Source of the DNA: Octopus vulgaris
Taxonomy: Eukaryota
Direction: 5' to 3'
Length of the DNA stretch: 64,000 nt
Assembly: GCA_951406725.2 (NCBI GenBank)
Contig: OX597843.1
Span: 19,902,001 to 19,966,000, forward strand
Shown: positions 36,372 through 48,761 of the stretch, piece after piece
Position numbering within the stretch: the first letter of the stretch is position 1
Layout of the letters: every line of letters starts with the position of its first letter
The notes under the pieces: model-generated
What the model was told of the DNA's origin: nothing
Seen by the model: the letters and a program-made list of their open reading frames with translations, nothing else
The model's database searches: none
Program-made: the position numbers and the translations under genes

Positions 36372-39300
36372 TGTTGTGGAAGGATTTCGACCACCTTCCA
36401 ATTGTCTAAACGCGGACTGACACATTCCTATTAAATAGACAACTGTCGAGTCTTCAGCAATTAATTGGAAAATAGTTCGCTGTTAGCCACTGACAGAGAG
36501 TGTTGGGTAATCGATTCGCGTCGTGTAAACACTTTCTTTCCCTCTGATTCCTTAAATCATACGTTCCAAACCAGGGTATAAAAGTGGCGAAGAGTTCTTC
36601 GAAGTTTGCGTTGGATGTTTAAATTTGTTTGGGATGGGTATGAAACCAAAGAAAAATCGTTTAAGATAGAAGGCTTATTGGCGTCTGTTGTGCAGTTGCA
36701 ACAGCAACAATAGTAACAACAACAAGACCGAGTACAACAGCAACAACAACAAAACCAAGAGTTGCTGGAATTAATGTTAAAGAAGTCTAAAAATACTTCA
36801 GGTGCGAACTTGCCAGACAGCGTAGCAAACTCTATTGAAGAATTCAGTTATAATCCAGAAGATGGGATTACCTTCTCTGCATATTTTCGAAGATACGAAT
36901 ACATTTTCAAAGAAGGATTTATGAATTGATCTGAGAGGAAAAATAGTACGACTACTTTGTAAGAAAGGTATCCCTTGCCAAATACAAAAAATATAATAAT
37001 TATATTCTGCCGAAGAAGTCAGGTAAGATTTGTTACAATAAAAACTATTAACATTTTATCAAATGATTTAGAACTGGACGAAAATTAACTCTTCAGACAC
37101 AAGCAGAAGAATGCCAGGTGAACTCGACGCAGAAAAAAATGAAGAAAAAGATTGCTCTCATATTCCAGTGTCTCCAACGTAACGGATAAGAAATAAGACA
37201 AAAAATGTCAAGAAGGAGTCCATGTTGTGGTCTATATTTTAAAAGTAACTGCCCGTTTAAAATCCAAAAACGAAATTTTATCAAAACGGTTCAGTGAAAG
37301 AACTTCTCTGGTAAATACTTGAGGACAGGTTTTACATTTTGTCCAAAAACATGAAGATTTCGTCACCTGTCCGAGGCTGTTAACGGAAAGTGTAAAAAAT
37401 TCAAATCGTATGAATTAAGATGATGTTCAAATGCATATTTTTAGTTTAAGGCCTAACTGCAAGCAAAGATGGAGATATATGTTCACGGATGTCAACAAAA
37501 TTAGAACTGGACAAAAAGTAACTCTACAAACAGAAGCAGAAGAATGTCAGGAAAGACGACGCAGAGAAAAAATGAAGAAAGCGACGCCCAAAACGAAATT
37601 GAAGTAAAAGATTGCTCTCATATTCCAGTGTCTCCACCGTAACGGATAAGAAATAAGAGAAAAAATGTGAATATCGAATCCATGTTGTGGGTGCGGTGGT
37701 CAACATTTTAAAAGTAACTGCCCGTTTCAAAATATAAAAAGCGTCAAATGTGACAAGAGAGATCATAAAAAATTCACACTGTAGAACAAACCTGGAAAAC
37801 AGTTCAACAGAAAGAAAACACGAAAACAGGTCATCGTTGACCAAAAAACGAACAGCCTCAAAGGAAAATTGTGTACGTAAAGTTGCAACTAGATAAGGGC
37901 AGTGATATCTCGATAATTAACACAGATACATAGAAAAAAAAACAGAAGACCTAGATTAAAAGACATTTCGAAAATTGTAGGTGGTGTTTCAGGAAAATAA
38001 TTACATTTTAATGGCATAATGATAAATCACGTTCCATTTCGTGGAAAAAACCTTATAAACCAAAGATTTTGTGTTGAATAATATCCCAAACATATTCGGA
38101 ACACTGAATAGAATTGCTTACCTTATGGGAACTCCCCATAAATCTTTTCAGTAAAAATGTGAATGGTTTTCTTGCCAATACAGATGAATCGTCGGACGAT
38201 TTGTAGAAATAATTTTAAAAGATTTTTCCTGAAGTTCTCTCTGATAAATTAGATCTCAGCATCAAAACGAAAACGAAGTTCCAAGTAAAAGTAAATGCCA
38301 AACCGGTATTTATATATAAACGAACTGTAACTTTTGCATCGTGGGAACAGATAAGCTTTTGCAGCGTTAGAAACAAATAAACAAAATCAGAGTGTATGCT
38401 GATTTTTTCCACTGGTTTAAAAGAGTGACTTAAAATGTTCCCATATCCGCTACCTACCCTGGGGGATATATTTGCAAAATTAGACGGTGGCAAGGTATTT
38501 TCTTAATTGGATCTCCCTGACGCATACCTACATATTAGCGTAGACGATGAATGCTATAAATACCTAAAGATTAACGCACATATGTATATATATTTCTGTA
38601 CTACCCACAAGGATCTAAACACAGAGGGGAGAAACAAGGACAGATAAACGGATTAAGTCGATTACATTGACCCCAGTGCGTAACTGGTACTTAATTTATC
38701 GACCCCGAAAGGGTGAAAGGCAAAGTCGACCTCGGCGGAATTTGATCTCGGAACGTAATGACAGATGAAATACGGCTAGGCATTTCGCCCGGCGCGCTAA
38801 CGTTTCTGCCAGCTGGCCGCTTACGTATGTACAACAGGTGACTGGATGTCTTTAATGTCACGCCGGCGATCTTTCAACAGCTTATAGATGCAGTGTTAGC
38901 GGATAGTAAATTTGCATTTCCATATATGGATGATATACTCATTAAAAGCGAATCACGGGATCAACATGTAGAGCAAGTAATATATATGTTCGAAAAAATT
39001 AGGGATTACACTGAAAAAGAAAGCGTGATTTTTTTCTGACCGAAAATAAAATTGGACAAACAATTGAAAGAAATGGACGAGGACCAGATCCGTTGAGGGC
39101 AGACGCAATTAAATACATGCCCCCTCCAACAAATATAACGACCTTACATGATTGCTTTGGAGACCGGCAAATTATGACCAAAATTATATTCTAAATATGC
39201 ATAGGGTAAGTGTTACAGTAGATTATGTATTTAAAAAATGTCAATTGAAATTGCTCTGAAAATTGTCAAAAGGAATTCAACAAAATTTTAAAATATTAAC

Positions 39301-40942
39301 ATCTGATTTGTTGTTAGCACGCTTCGATTCTGTAGCGGAGAATGTTGTAACTTCAGATGTCTCTGAATACTGAATCGGCGCAGCAATGCTACATAAATAT
39401 AAAGATGGTAACATGAAGGCGGTGGTTAATGATATCAGCAGAAAAATTTACAGCCAAATCAAAAAAGAGGCTCTTGTAATTATTTTTGCCGTAAAAAATT
39501 GCATAGATTTTTACACGGCAGAAGTTTTTGAATACAGACAGATCATCGTCCGTTATTATCAGTATATGATTCAAAGCAATACATATCAAGCCGTACTGCT
39601 AATAGGCTGCAGCGCTGGGGTACTGTATTATTAAGCTATGAATTTAAGATAGAGTATATACCATCTAACAAATTAGGACACGCTAATTGTTTATCAAGAC
39701 CGATTTCAGAAAATGCGGAAACATTTGAAGATGCCGTGATTGCTACTTTGCGAGCGGAAAATGAAATTAAAAGCAAACTGTATAACTCCATGCGTGAACT
39801 GCTATTTACGTTACAAGACATAAAATTACAATTGGGAAACGATATATTTATTACAAAATGAAAGAAATGCAGAAGTGTTAAAGATATAAAAGATATTCGA
39901 GCCTATCACAAGGTGTGACAATGTGCTGCTGTATGCACAAAGAGTCGTAGTGCCAGCCGCACTACAAAAGCAATTACTAAAGGAATTTCATATTGAGTCA
40001 AAGGGATTTCGATAATGAAATCGTTAATGAGATGTTAGGTATACTGGCCAACAACGGACTGTAACATTGAAGATATAGTGATAGTATGCAATACGCTGTT
40101 CTCTAGCTCCAAATACACCCGTCACGAAATGACACCCGTGGCTAAAATCAATTAAGGTTTCATATCACTTCGTTGTGGGGGACTGTTTTTAAAAACGTGG
40201 TCTGAAGTGCATAAATGTAGAAAGCAGACATCTCTGGTTACAGAGATATTTGATGTTTGTTAGAAAGATCAGATCCATCTTTGATCAGCCGATACCGAGT
40301 GAAAATATAAAATAAAGGAATATTTCAAAATTCTTCAAGTTAGGTGACAGACTTTATTAAAGACCTATATATATAGTAAAGCAAGCTGGGAGGATGGTAC
40401 AATTGTTAAATAAATTTCAAGAATGATATTCCTGGTAAAAGGTAAAAACAAATATCGAACATAAAAGACTTATTAACCAACTTAAAACCTGATTCAAGGA
40501 AAAATCAGTCAGAAGAAGTGAATTTCTCATGAAAGTGTTGCACGACACGTTTGAGGTACCAACACAGAAACAATTTGTAATTACACGTTCTAGCACCAGA
40601 AAACGAAACGAATGGAAACACAAGAATTGAGCCCTAAGCATAATAGCTATTAAAACTCTGAACGATTTTAATTCTCAAGTGGAGAATTTAGGGGAGACTA
40701 ATTCTATAAAGGGGAGATGCTGTGGAAAGATTCTGACAACATTACAAGTGACTAAAAGTGGTCTGACACATTTCCATTACATGGAGAACTGTCTAGTCGT
40801 AAGCAATTGATTGTGAACAATTGATTGGTAAGCATTTCCCTATGATCCGTTGACAGAGAGCTTCAAGTCTCATGTAATAGCAATCGTATTGCGTCGTGGA
40901 AATAACTTCGTTAAATTATATATCCAATGCCAAGATACAGAA
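36372..40942 (+). mobile_element. Gypsy LTR retrotransposon, degenerate
   Basis: LTRs ~36372-36582 and 40718-40942 (tgttgtggaag/tgctgtggaaag); PBS-like tggcga at 36585; PPT aaaggggaga; TSD tgtat/cgtat; motifs EFSYNPEDG.TF.AYF.RYE, YPLPTLGDIFAKL and YMDDILI. Confidence 0.85.
38590..38825 (-). mobile_element. SINE inserted in the Gypsy RT
   Basis: Reverse complement of the family at 1-196. Confidence 0.85.
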
Positions 40943-41624
40943 CGTATTCAGGGACAAACTTAGCACAACACTACGAACTTGAATCTGTCAATGGTCGCCT
41001 GCAGTACAGTCAGTTGTATATTATTAATGCATCACAGAGTGGAAGCTCAGCATCACAGAGTGGATGCACTCCCAAAGCTCTCCTCACAGAATGGTTGTTA
41101 TGTGCAACAAGTAAATCCTTATGTTGAGTTATATGGCAACATGCACTTAATTGAACAACAAGAGATTGAAAATGCCAGGAGAGAAAATGTGAACTACAAT
41201 TCAAAAGAAGGCGCTACAATTTTGAATTGGAGGACAGGCATGTATTTGGTGTAAGAGTAACTCATGTCTATGTTATCGAGTTTCAGAAGAGTGGACTTCC
41301 ACACTGCCATATGCACGGAGACAAAGTGAAGATCAGAGATGATATAGACAGAATGGTATCAGCAGAAATTTCTGATTCCAATCATGACCCCGTCTTGCAT
41401 GATTTATTTAAAAAATTCATGATACTTAGAACTTGTGGTGTTGATAATCCCTCCTCTCAATACATAGGGAATAGCTCTTGCCAAAAAAAGTTTCCCAAGA
41501 ACTACAGAAATGAGACACTACTAAATATTAATGGATATCCAGAGTACAGGAGGCACAATAAAGGGATCACATCACAAGTTGGATGCCATTCTGTTGACAA
41601 CTGGTATGTCGTTCCATACTATTT

Positions 41625-41990
41625 TATATTTTTTTTTATCTAGTTTCAGCTCAAGAGCTGTGGCCATGCTGGGGCACAACCATTTGGTGTTGCTACATGA
41701 TTTTACTTCACGAATGGTTTTTAGCAACTGCCATTTGGTGCATGAGAGAGTTCGATGCAGCTGCCCTCATCTGCACCTCCTACCTTGAAGATGGTTCATC
41801 TGGGACACTTGACAGGAAGAGATCCAGTCCTACTGTAAAGACATCTGCATTCACCCCATGCAGGTCTTTCAGGTTATTCGGGAGGATATTGAAGAGCTGT
41901 GGGCCTCTGAAGCCCAGGCTATCACAGAATCTTGTCCTACATCTTGATGGCAAATTCGGAGTCCTTGGCACCACGCAGTGGCACCCATTT
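41625..41990 (-). mobile_element. CR1-like LINE 3' fragment inserted in the Helitron
   Basis: SLGFRGPQLFNILP...LDLFLSSVPDEP resembles the C-terminus of the 938-aa ORF (GPALFNIVP...LDRFLQRIPDKP); A-rich tail. Confidence 0.8.
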
Positions 41991-43512
41991 GTGTAACTCT
42001 CGATGCCGAGATGCTTACCTATTAAAGAAATTCCAAGCTCTTATTAATGTAGAAGTTTGCTCCTCCGTAAAAATATCAACTACATATGCAAGAATGTCTA
42101 CAACGGTCGTGATAGCGCTTCAGTTGAAGTAAGGAATGATGCAGTTGCAGAAGGTGGACAGACTCAGCAACCCCAAGGCCAAATCAGAAATTATTTTGCG
42201 TGTTGATATGTTTCACCTTCTGAAGCCATGTGGAGAATGCCTACGTAGAAGCTGCATGACTAGTCCCACACTGTCTACAGTTTAGCAGTTCACTTTGAAG
42301 ACCAGCGGAGACTGAGCTTTCACAGAGGTAGCACTTTGCAACCTGCTCAAGAACAGAGAGATCGTGACAATACTCTCACTGCATGGTTCAAACTGAATGA
42401 GTACGATTAACGGAAGTACTTCTACCCTAACATTCCTAAAAGTTATGTGTTTAATGAACGTAAAAATCATGAACACTCAGGAGAAGAAACAATAACATCG
42501 GCTGCAGAATGAACACAGTGAGTCCTAAGGACGTAGAAATATTTCATTACGATTGCTATTTTGGATGTTCCAGGTGCTAAGAGCTTTGAAGAAGTGAGCA
42601 CTGTAGGAGGTGAAATCTATGCAACATTTAAAGATGCGTACATATGAGTTGGTCTCCTCCAAAATGATGAGGGTTTGGAGCATACTCTACTTGAAGCTGC
42701 TGCGTATCGGATGCCATTTCAGTTGCGTATTGCTTTTGCTGTCCTCTGAAACTATGCACATCCTTCCAATGTACTTCGCCTGTGGAATACTGACAAGAAT
42801 TCTATGAAGGAAGATTATGTTCAGCGAGGGCTGAATGCAGACTCTACACTCCATAAATTCTGTGTTAATTGAAAATTGCACTAGCTGGTTTAATATTAGC
42901 TTGCTTGAACCAATTGGAATGTAACGGGTTGAGCAGAAAGATGACATGAACCACACACTCATTGCAACCATTACCAATGAGCAGAAAGGGATCACTGATG
43001 CAGTCATTAAAGACAGTTGGTAAGAAAAGGTTGAGGTGAGATGCTGGAATCTTTCTATTTCTCTGTAGATTTTCCCTGGAGGCTTTAACTTCATAAATTC
43101 CACTTCAATCCGTACACTTCGGTAAATTTCTTATTTAATTTTGCAACGTTCTGTGTTTTCTTTTTGTTGTTGTTGACGGAATTACTGTTAAATGTAAGTT
43201 CATAATTTACTGACAGGAGTAACTTCAAACATTTCACTTAAACCCGAGCACATAGTTAATTTCCCTAAAAATTTCTTATTTACTTTTGCGCCGGTTTTTT
43301 GTTTATCTGTTGTTAATGGCTTTTTTCTGGTTCCTTCGATACTGGCACTTTGGTTAAGTTAGTGACAAATTTCGCTTCAACACGTACAATTCTTTATTGT
43401 CCGTAAAACTATCTTGTTAATGTTCTGCTCGTTGTATTAAGAAATATAATTTTCGTTACCCAGTTTATTTTCATTGTTTACTATCTTCTTCGCCGTGGAT
43501 CTCTGTATAACC

Positions 43513-43740
43513 ATGCCTAGAAGGAAGGTGTCAAATTTGTCGAAAATGTCAAGGTAAAGCCAAAAGAATGTCTCTGTCCAGGGAAAGAGAGACAGCTGCA
43601 GAAAGGGAAGCATACCAAGAAACGAACAGACTGTGCACTACGAAAAAACCAGATCATCTCAAAGTGATGAATTGAGGTATGCACGGCTGACAAGGAATAA
43701 GATCTCCACTGCAGAGAGACAAGGAATAAGATCTCCACTA
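43513..43740 (+). mobile_element. Possible second Helitron 5' ORF remnant
   Basis: Basic N-terminus MPRRKVSNLSKMSR..AKRMSLSRERETAAERE, of the kind seen on RepHel proteins; disrupted. Confidence 0.35.
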
Positions 43741-44015
43741 ATTACATTTATTTTTGACTGAGTATTCGTTTTCCTCTCCTCTCTATTTTCTTTCTTCTTT
43801 CTCTTCTACTACTTTCTTTTCCCTCTAAGCGGTTATGAAAGCGAAAGCTCATTAGGTCACTTTATCTAAAGAGGAACGCAAGACTTCCTCGTTCATATTT
43901 GAATCTTTTGCATGTCTGCAGTCTTATTTGTATTTTATTCGTTCCCCAACTAGATGGCAATATAACAACATGTCAGATGACCCTCGAAATCTTTAGTCAC
44001 ACACAACTTTATCGA

Positions 44016-44117
44016 TGTGCCTGATGAGGTCCAGAATGATCGATGCAGCACAACACGTTGAACAGAGTCCCACGCATAAAGAACAATAGCAAGACGGGTC
44101 GAAACAAACGTTGTACA
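44016..44117 (+). ncRNA. Hammerhead motif with a large stem II insertion
   Basis: Stem I tgtgc/gtaca; CTGATGA 44021-44027; ggtcc...gggtc; GAAAC-aaac-GTT. Confidence 0.55.
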
Positions 44118-44443
44118 GAATAAAATTTAATACAAGATCCATCATTTCGTTACTTGATATAATTATGTATACACAAATACACACACACACGCAAACAGGT
44201 ATAGATATATAATACTATATTTGTTCCACGTCCTCGCGTTGTTGTGTTTTTTGTGCTTTCTTGTTTGGATTAACTATATATATATATAATTTCAGTAAAA
44301 CAATTAAGATTCAAGTGAATTCCAATGAATTCAAGTGAATGTGGTACTTAACTTAGATGCACCAGAATTCTTTATGTTATTAACCAAAGAATAATGTGGT
44401 GTGATTATAACCAAGAAAAAAGCATCAAGAATGGATTAGTAGT

Positions 44444-44529
44444 CTAGTACAATTGTTTCATCCTAAGAAGAATTTTATTTAAAGCCGCAAATATTGCAGC
44501 AAATAGAAATGTCCCGTATTCATCAGCTA
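44444..44529 (-). ncRNA. Hammerhead motif in a decayed PLE pLTR
   Basis: Minus strand reads tag-CTGATGA-atac...ggat-GAAAC-aatt-GTA-cta. Confidence 0.55.
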
Positions 44530-45634
44530 AATCACATATTTGTTTTCCAGACATCCTAGAGAGTGTGGCTATCCTTACGAAGTATTAGGAGTGTGTTCTA
44601 TGAAATTTAAAGTCAGATTATAAGCAGACATAAAATGTTTTCTAATGATGCACAGTTTTATAAAAAGTTTTTAAAATGATTGTTAACTTCTCAGAGAAGG
44701 TGAATCCATCCATAATAATGCAGATGTAATTTCCGGAGACATGAGGAAAGATGTTGAACACACACCTATTCATTTCACAACTAAGTTGTTGCAAAAAAGA
44801 TTTGGTTGTAGTTGCGAGAAAGTCAATGAAGCAGAATCCGCCCAATTAAGGACATTATGGGAGGAAGGAAGTAGGGGAGTAAGAAGGCATAATTATACCA
44901 CAGACAAAGATTAGTTTATTTCTGTGGTGACAGAAAATCTAGGTCAGTGTTGCAGGAATCTGTGATTTACAAAGGAACATTAATTTTGACCAGCAACAGC
45001 TATGAACTGAGACGCTCACAGAGTTAATGGTAGGATAAAGAATACAGAGAGATCAAAGGAAAACATTAATGGGGTCAAAGGCTATCAGTAGAGGAAGATA
45101 CAGTAAGAAAGTTAAGGGTAACACTAGAATAGAAGCTTATTTATTTATTATTGTTTCTATTTTAACTTATGTTTATATATTGTAAGAAAGAATTTAGGTC
45201 AACATCTAGAGGTCAAATTCTATAGTAAATGGTGGGAGAATTTTACTCATTCAAAGTATATAGTGAAAATTACTTGTATCATTAAGGGAATTGTATTAAC
45301 TATTAAATTTAGAATAGAATTAGGAAATATTAGCAGTTTATTTTATTTAAGTTAGGTTAATTAAATTGCCTATATAGTCAATTAAAACTTAGCATCGTAC
45401 AAATACTATTTATTTTTATGTTTTAAACAGGTACAGTTAGAAAGAAAGAACACCAGTGGAAGAGCTCACAGATTACTATTTAAATTATTTTATAGTTTTT
45501 ATTATTGAGTGAATACAAGATAGAACCTAACTCTATACGGTTATTCTATACGATTTTTATTTAAAATATTTTAGAGTTTTGAATTTTGAGTGGATACAAG
45601 ACAAACCTAATTTTATACGGTTATTTAATAAATT

Positions 45635-45990
45635 TCTTTCGATGTGGTGAATCTGTACACCAATACCCCACATGACTATGGTATAGAAACAATCACATTC
45701 CGGCTAGAAAAATACCCAGAAGAGATCTCAGGATGCATCAACCACAGATTCATAATCGAAGCCTCTCAAATTCCTCTTGCTGAACAACTACTTCATGTTC
45801 GATATAACTTACTATCGACATAAATGTGGAATTGCAATGGGAACCAGAGATACTGTAGTGATTGCAGAGCTTGTAATGGGTTACCTAGAACTTAAGTTAT
45901 ACAAATCATCACTAGAAAATTATGGCACCTCTTTTAATAGCTATTTAAAGGAGAACTGGAAGAGGTATTTGGATGATTGCTTCATTTGGA
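45635..45990 (+). mobile_element. PLE RT core fragment (family of 796-3240)
   Basis: Close nucleotide match to ~1528-1880; CGIAMGT and WKRYLDDCF. Confidence 0.85.
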
Positions 45991-46680
45991 TGATATTTAA
46001 ATATCGATATTATCAAGTGGCCAGTATGGGAAAGAATACCGTGCAACGGTAATAATTTTTTACAATTAAAATTGAGGGTGTCTGAGAGACACCACCATGC
46101 CGAAATAGCAGTCGAAACTCTGACTATAAAATCCACGTTAAATGTTCATATCGTACCATGAGATAAGACAGAGGGACAAAATAGACAAGCAAAAGTTATT
46201 GAATGACAATCTCATTTTTAATTGTAAAAAATTATTACCTTTGTAATATTATATGTTGGCCACTTTGATAATATCGATATTTAAATATCGATATAATCCT
46301 CATTTATAAATTTATATAATTCGTTATTATATTCACTGCGGTGTTTATTTTAACCATATCGTGCTTATGGGATGTTTTGGCGGGCAATTTAACTGGCCGT
46401 GTGCATACGTACATATGTATGTATGTATGGACGTTTGTATATGTAAGTATATCGTTTGCTCTGCATATATATATATATCTGTCTTTATGTACCCTTGATA
46501 TATTCAATTGATGACGGTAAAGCTTATTTAAAGCAAAACCAGAAATCCTGGATCTTGAATTATTCAATAACTTTTGCTTGTCTATTTTGTCCCTCTGTCT
46601 TATCTCATGGTACGATATGAACATTTAACGTGGATTTTATAGTCAGATTTTCGACTGCTATTTCGGCATGGTGGTGTCAT
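45990..46680. repeat. Scrambled inverted pLTR cluster with a degenerate hammerhead (46502-46560)
   Basis: 46092-46204 is inverted at ~46562-46674; 45990-46075 is inverted at ~46210-46290; attcaa-TTGATGA...GAAATCCTGGATC-ttgaat. Confidence 0.7.
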
Positions 46681-46691
46681 TTTTAATTATA

Positions 46692-46771
<80 letters not shown>

Positions 46772-46772
<1 letters not shown>

Positions 46773-47656
46773 GCGGTTGTATCAAAATTTCACGGACAAA
46801 CTCCATAGTATATATACATATATATACATATATATATATATATACATATAAACGCTTGGATGCACACAATTGTAAGCACGGTGATAGCGAGCAGTGACCT
46901 TCACGAAGCAGTATGCTGAGTAACATCGATGTGTATACTTCACACGATGTGGAATTTGTATTTTATTGGTGACGTGTATGAACAGGACGGATATAGAAGA
47001 AAGAACCAACATGAAATTTTACGTAAAAATTGGGAAGTTTGCTATTGAGAGATGGAGCATTATTCGGCAAGGTTATAGTGACGAGACAATGGGTCGCACG
47101 TAGTATTTTAAGTTCACAGGTTCACGAGAGAATGACAACTTAATCAAGAGCATTTTCAATATTGATTCTACATCATCGGGTTGTGCATTGAGAATTCCAA
47201 CCCCAAGTCCAAAAGAGGGATCAACTGAGACATTTTAAAGCTTTTCAAGGATGACATTCGAGAAAACTGACTGGGTTTGTGGTGCGCAAATTATTGGATT
47301 TTTCACAACGACAATGTACTCTGTCACCACACTCGCGGGTTTCTTGCCAAAAGCAACATGATATCGCTTCCGTGCATGTCCTTTTAGCCAGATTCAATAC
47401 CTGGTCACTTCCATCTCTTCCCCAAGATGAAAATACAGTTCATAGATCGAGATAAATAGGAAATTTAACACCGTTGTTGAGATCAAGACGTCCTCAATAG
47501 GCCGGATTCCAAAAGTGTCAAGAAAGCTGGATCGGTTGTATTCGAAAAGCTTGCTGGTGTATACCTGCACAAGGTGACTTTACCGAAGGCGATGAAGTTA
47601 ATATAAGTTAGTTTTATTAAACATAACTCATCCAGGAACATTACGATGCGACTTTG
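46772..47656 (+). mobile_element. mariner transposon, degenerate
   Basis: TA-flanked imperfect TIRs; EERTNMKFYVK.G N-terminus; H.DN, FLAKSNM and LFPKMK remnants. Confidence 0.75.
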
Positions 47657-47810
47657 TATGTATACGATGGGTTTCTTTTAGTTAGCGTGAACAAATATAC
47701 ACGAGTTTGTTGTGCTGTAAGCCACAGTACACGCAGTGGGACTGAATACAGTAGAAAATATTATATCACATTTATGCCAACACCTAATCGCATGTACATA
47801 TATATATATA

Positions 47811-48680
47811 CAGGTTGCAACACGAAATTGTCACCATTACCTTTTTAATTTCGCGCATGCGCATTCTTTGTTTTTGACTTTTGTCTACCTCTCAGTATAG
47901 TATGATCAGTTGGGTACCGTCTGTGAGAAAAACAGCACCATGGCGTAAGTCACTCTGCCAGAAATTTTGGAAACGACATGCTGCACTGCTTGGCATCCGT
48001 GCCGAAATATCTAATATGAACATTTCAGAGTGTTTGGGTGTCAGTCTGATGAATGTGCAATCCAAGGACGTGTGCTGAGAGAGATAAAAATCAAACATCC
48101 AGTCAACATCATGGTGTTTGGAGTGATCACTAGTGATGGTGACATTATGCTTTCATTCACGGTTTCAGACTCAATACGGAGGCCTACATCAAGTCCCTGG
48201 AGAAGGTAGTGCTTCCCTGGAGCAAAGGGATAGCTGATGAAAGATCCTATCTCTGGCAGCAAGACTCTGTACCATGCCATACAACCAGGAGAACCCAGCC
48301 ATGGCTGTCAGACAAATTCTGCGACCACATCACCCCTAAAATCACGCCATCTAACTCCCCAGGCTGGAACCCCCTTGATTATTATGCGTGGGACGCAGTT
48401 GACTGAGAGGTCAACAAAACCCCTTGTAACATCAAAGATAAACTGAATACAAGGATTATGGCAGTATTCACGAAATTAAACAAGTTGACCGTCCAAAAGA
48501 GTTTCAAGAGATTCCGATGCTGCCCTGAAGACGTGGTTGAAGCCAATAGCGATTTTATTGAAGACATTTACTTTCAAGATGCTTTTTCTGTTATTTTGGT
48601 AAATATACCTGTTAAAATGGGATGTCAGTTTTATTTTCATTTTTGCATAATTTAGATGACACTATATTTACCGAACCCTG
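47811..48680 (+). mobile_element. Tc1/mariner transposon, internally deleted
   Basis: TA|cagg...cctg|TA ends; KHPVNIMVFG, WQQDSVPCHT and PSNSPGWNPLDYYAW. Confidence 0.85.
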
Positions 48681-48715
48681 TACAAAATATATATATATGT
48701 GTGAGTGTGTGTGTG

Positions 48716-48759
<44 letters not shown>

Positions 48760-48761
<2 letters not shown>

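Larger units (their letters stand above)
35599..43020 (+). mobile_element. Helitron Rep/helicase remnant, interrupted by Gypsy and LINE insertions
   Basis: IGDMYLYCEFCGAL, NYN..SFTSFG, QYSQLYII, Rep motif VIEFQKSGLPHCH, CQKKFPK, GYPEYRR, NWYVVPY and INVEVCSS. Confidence 0.85.
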
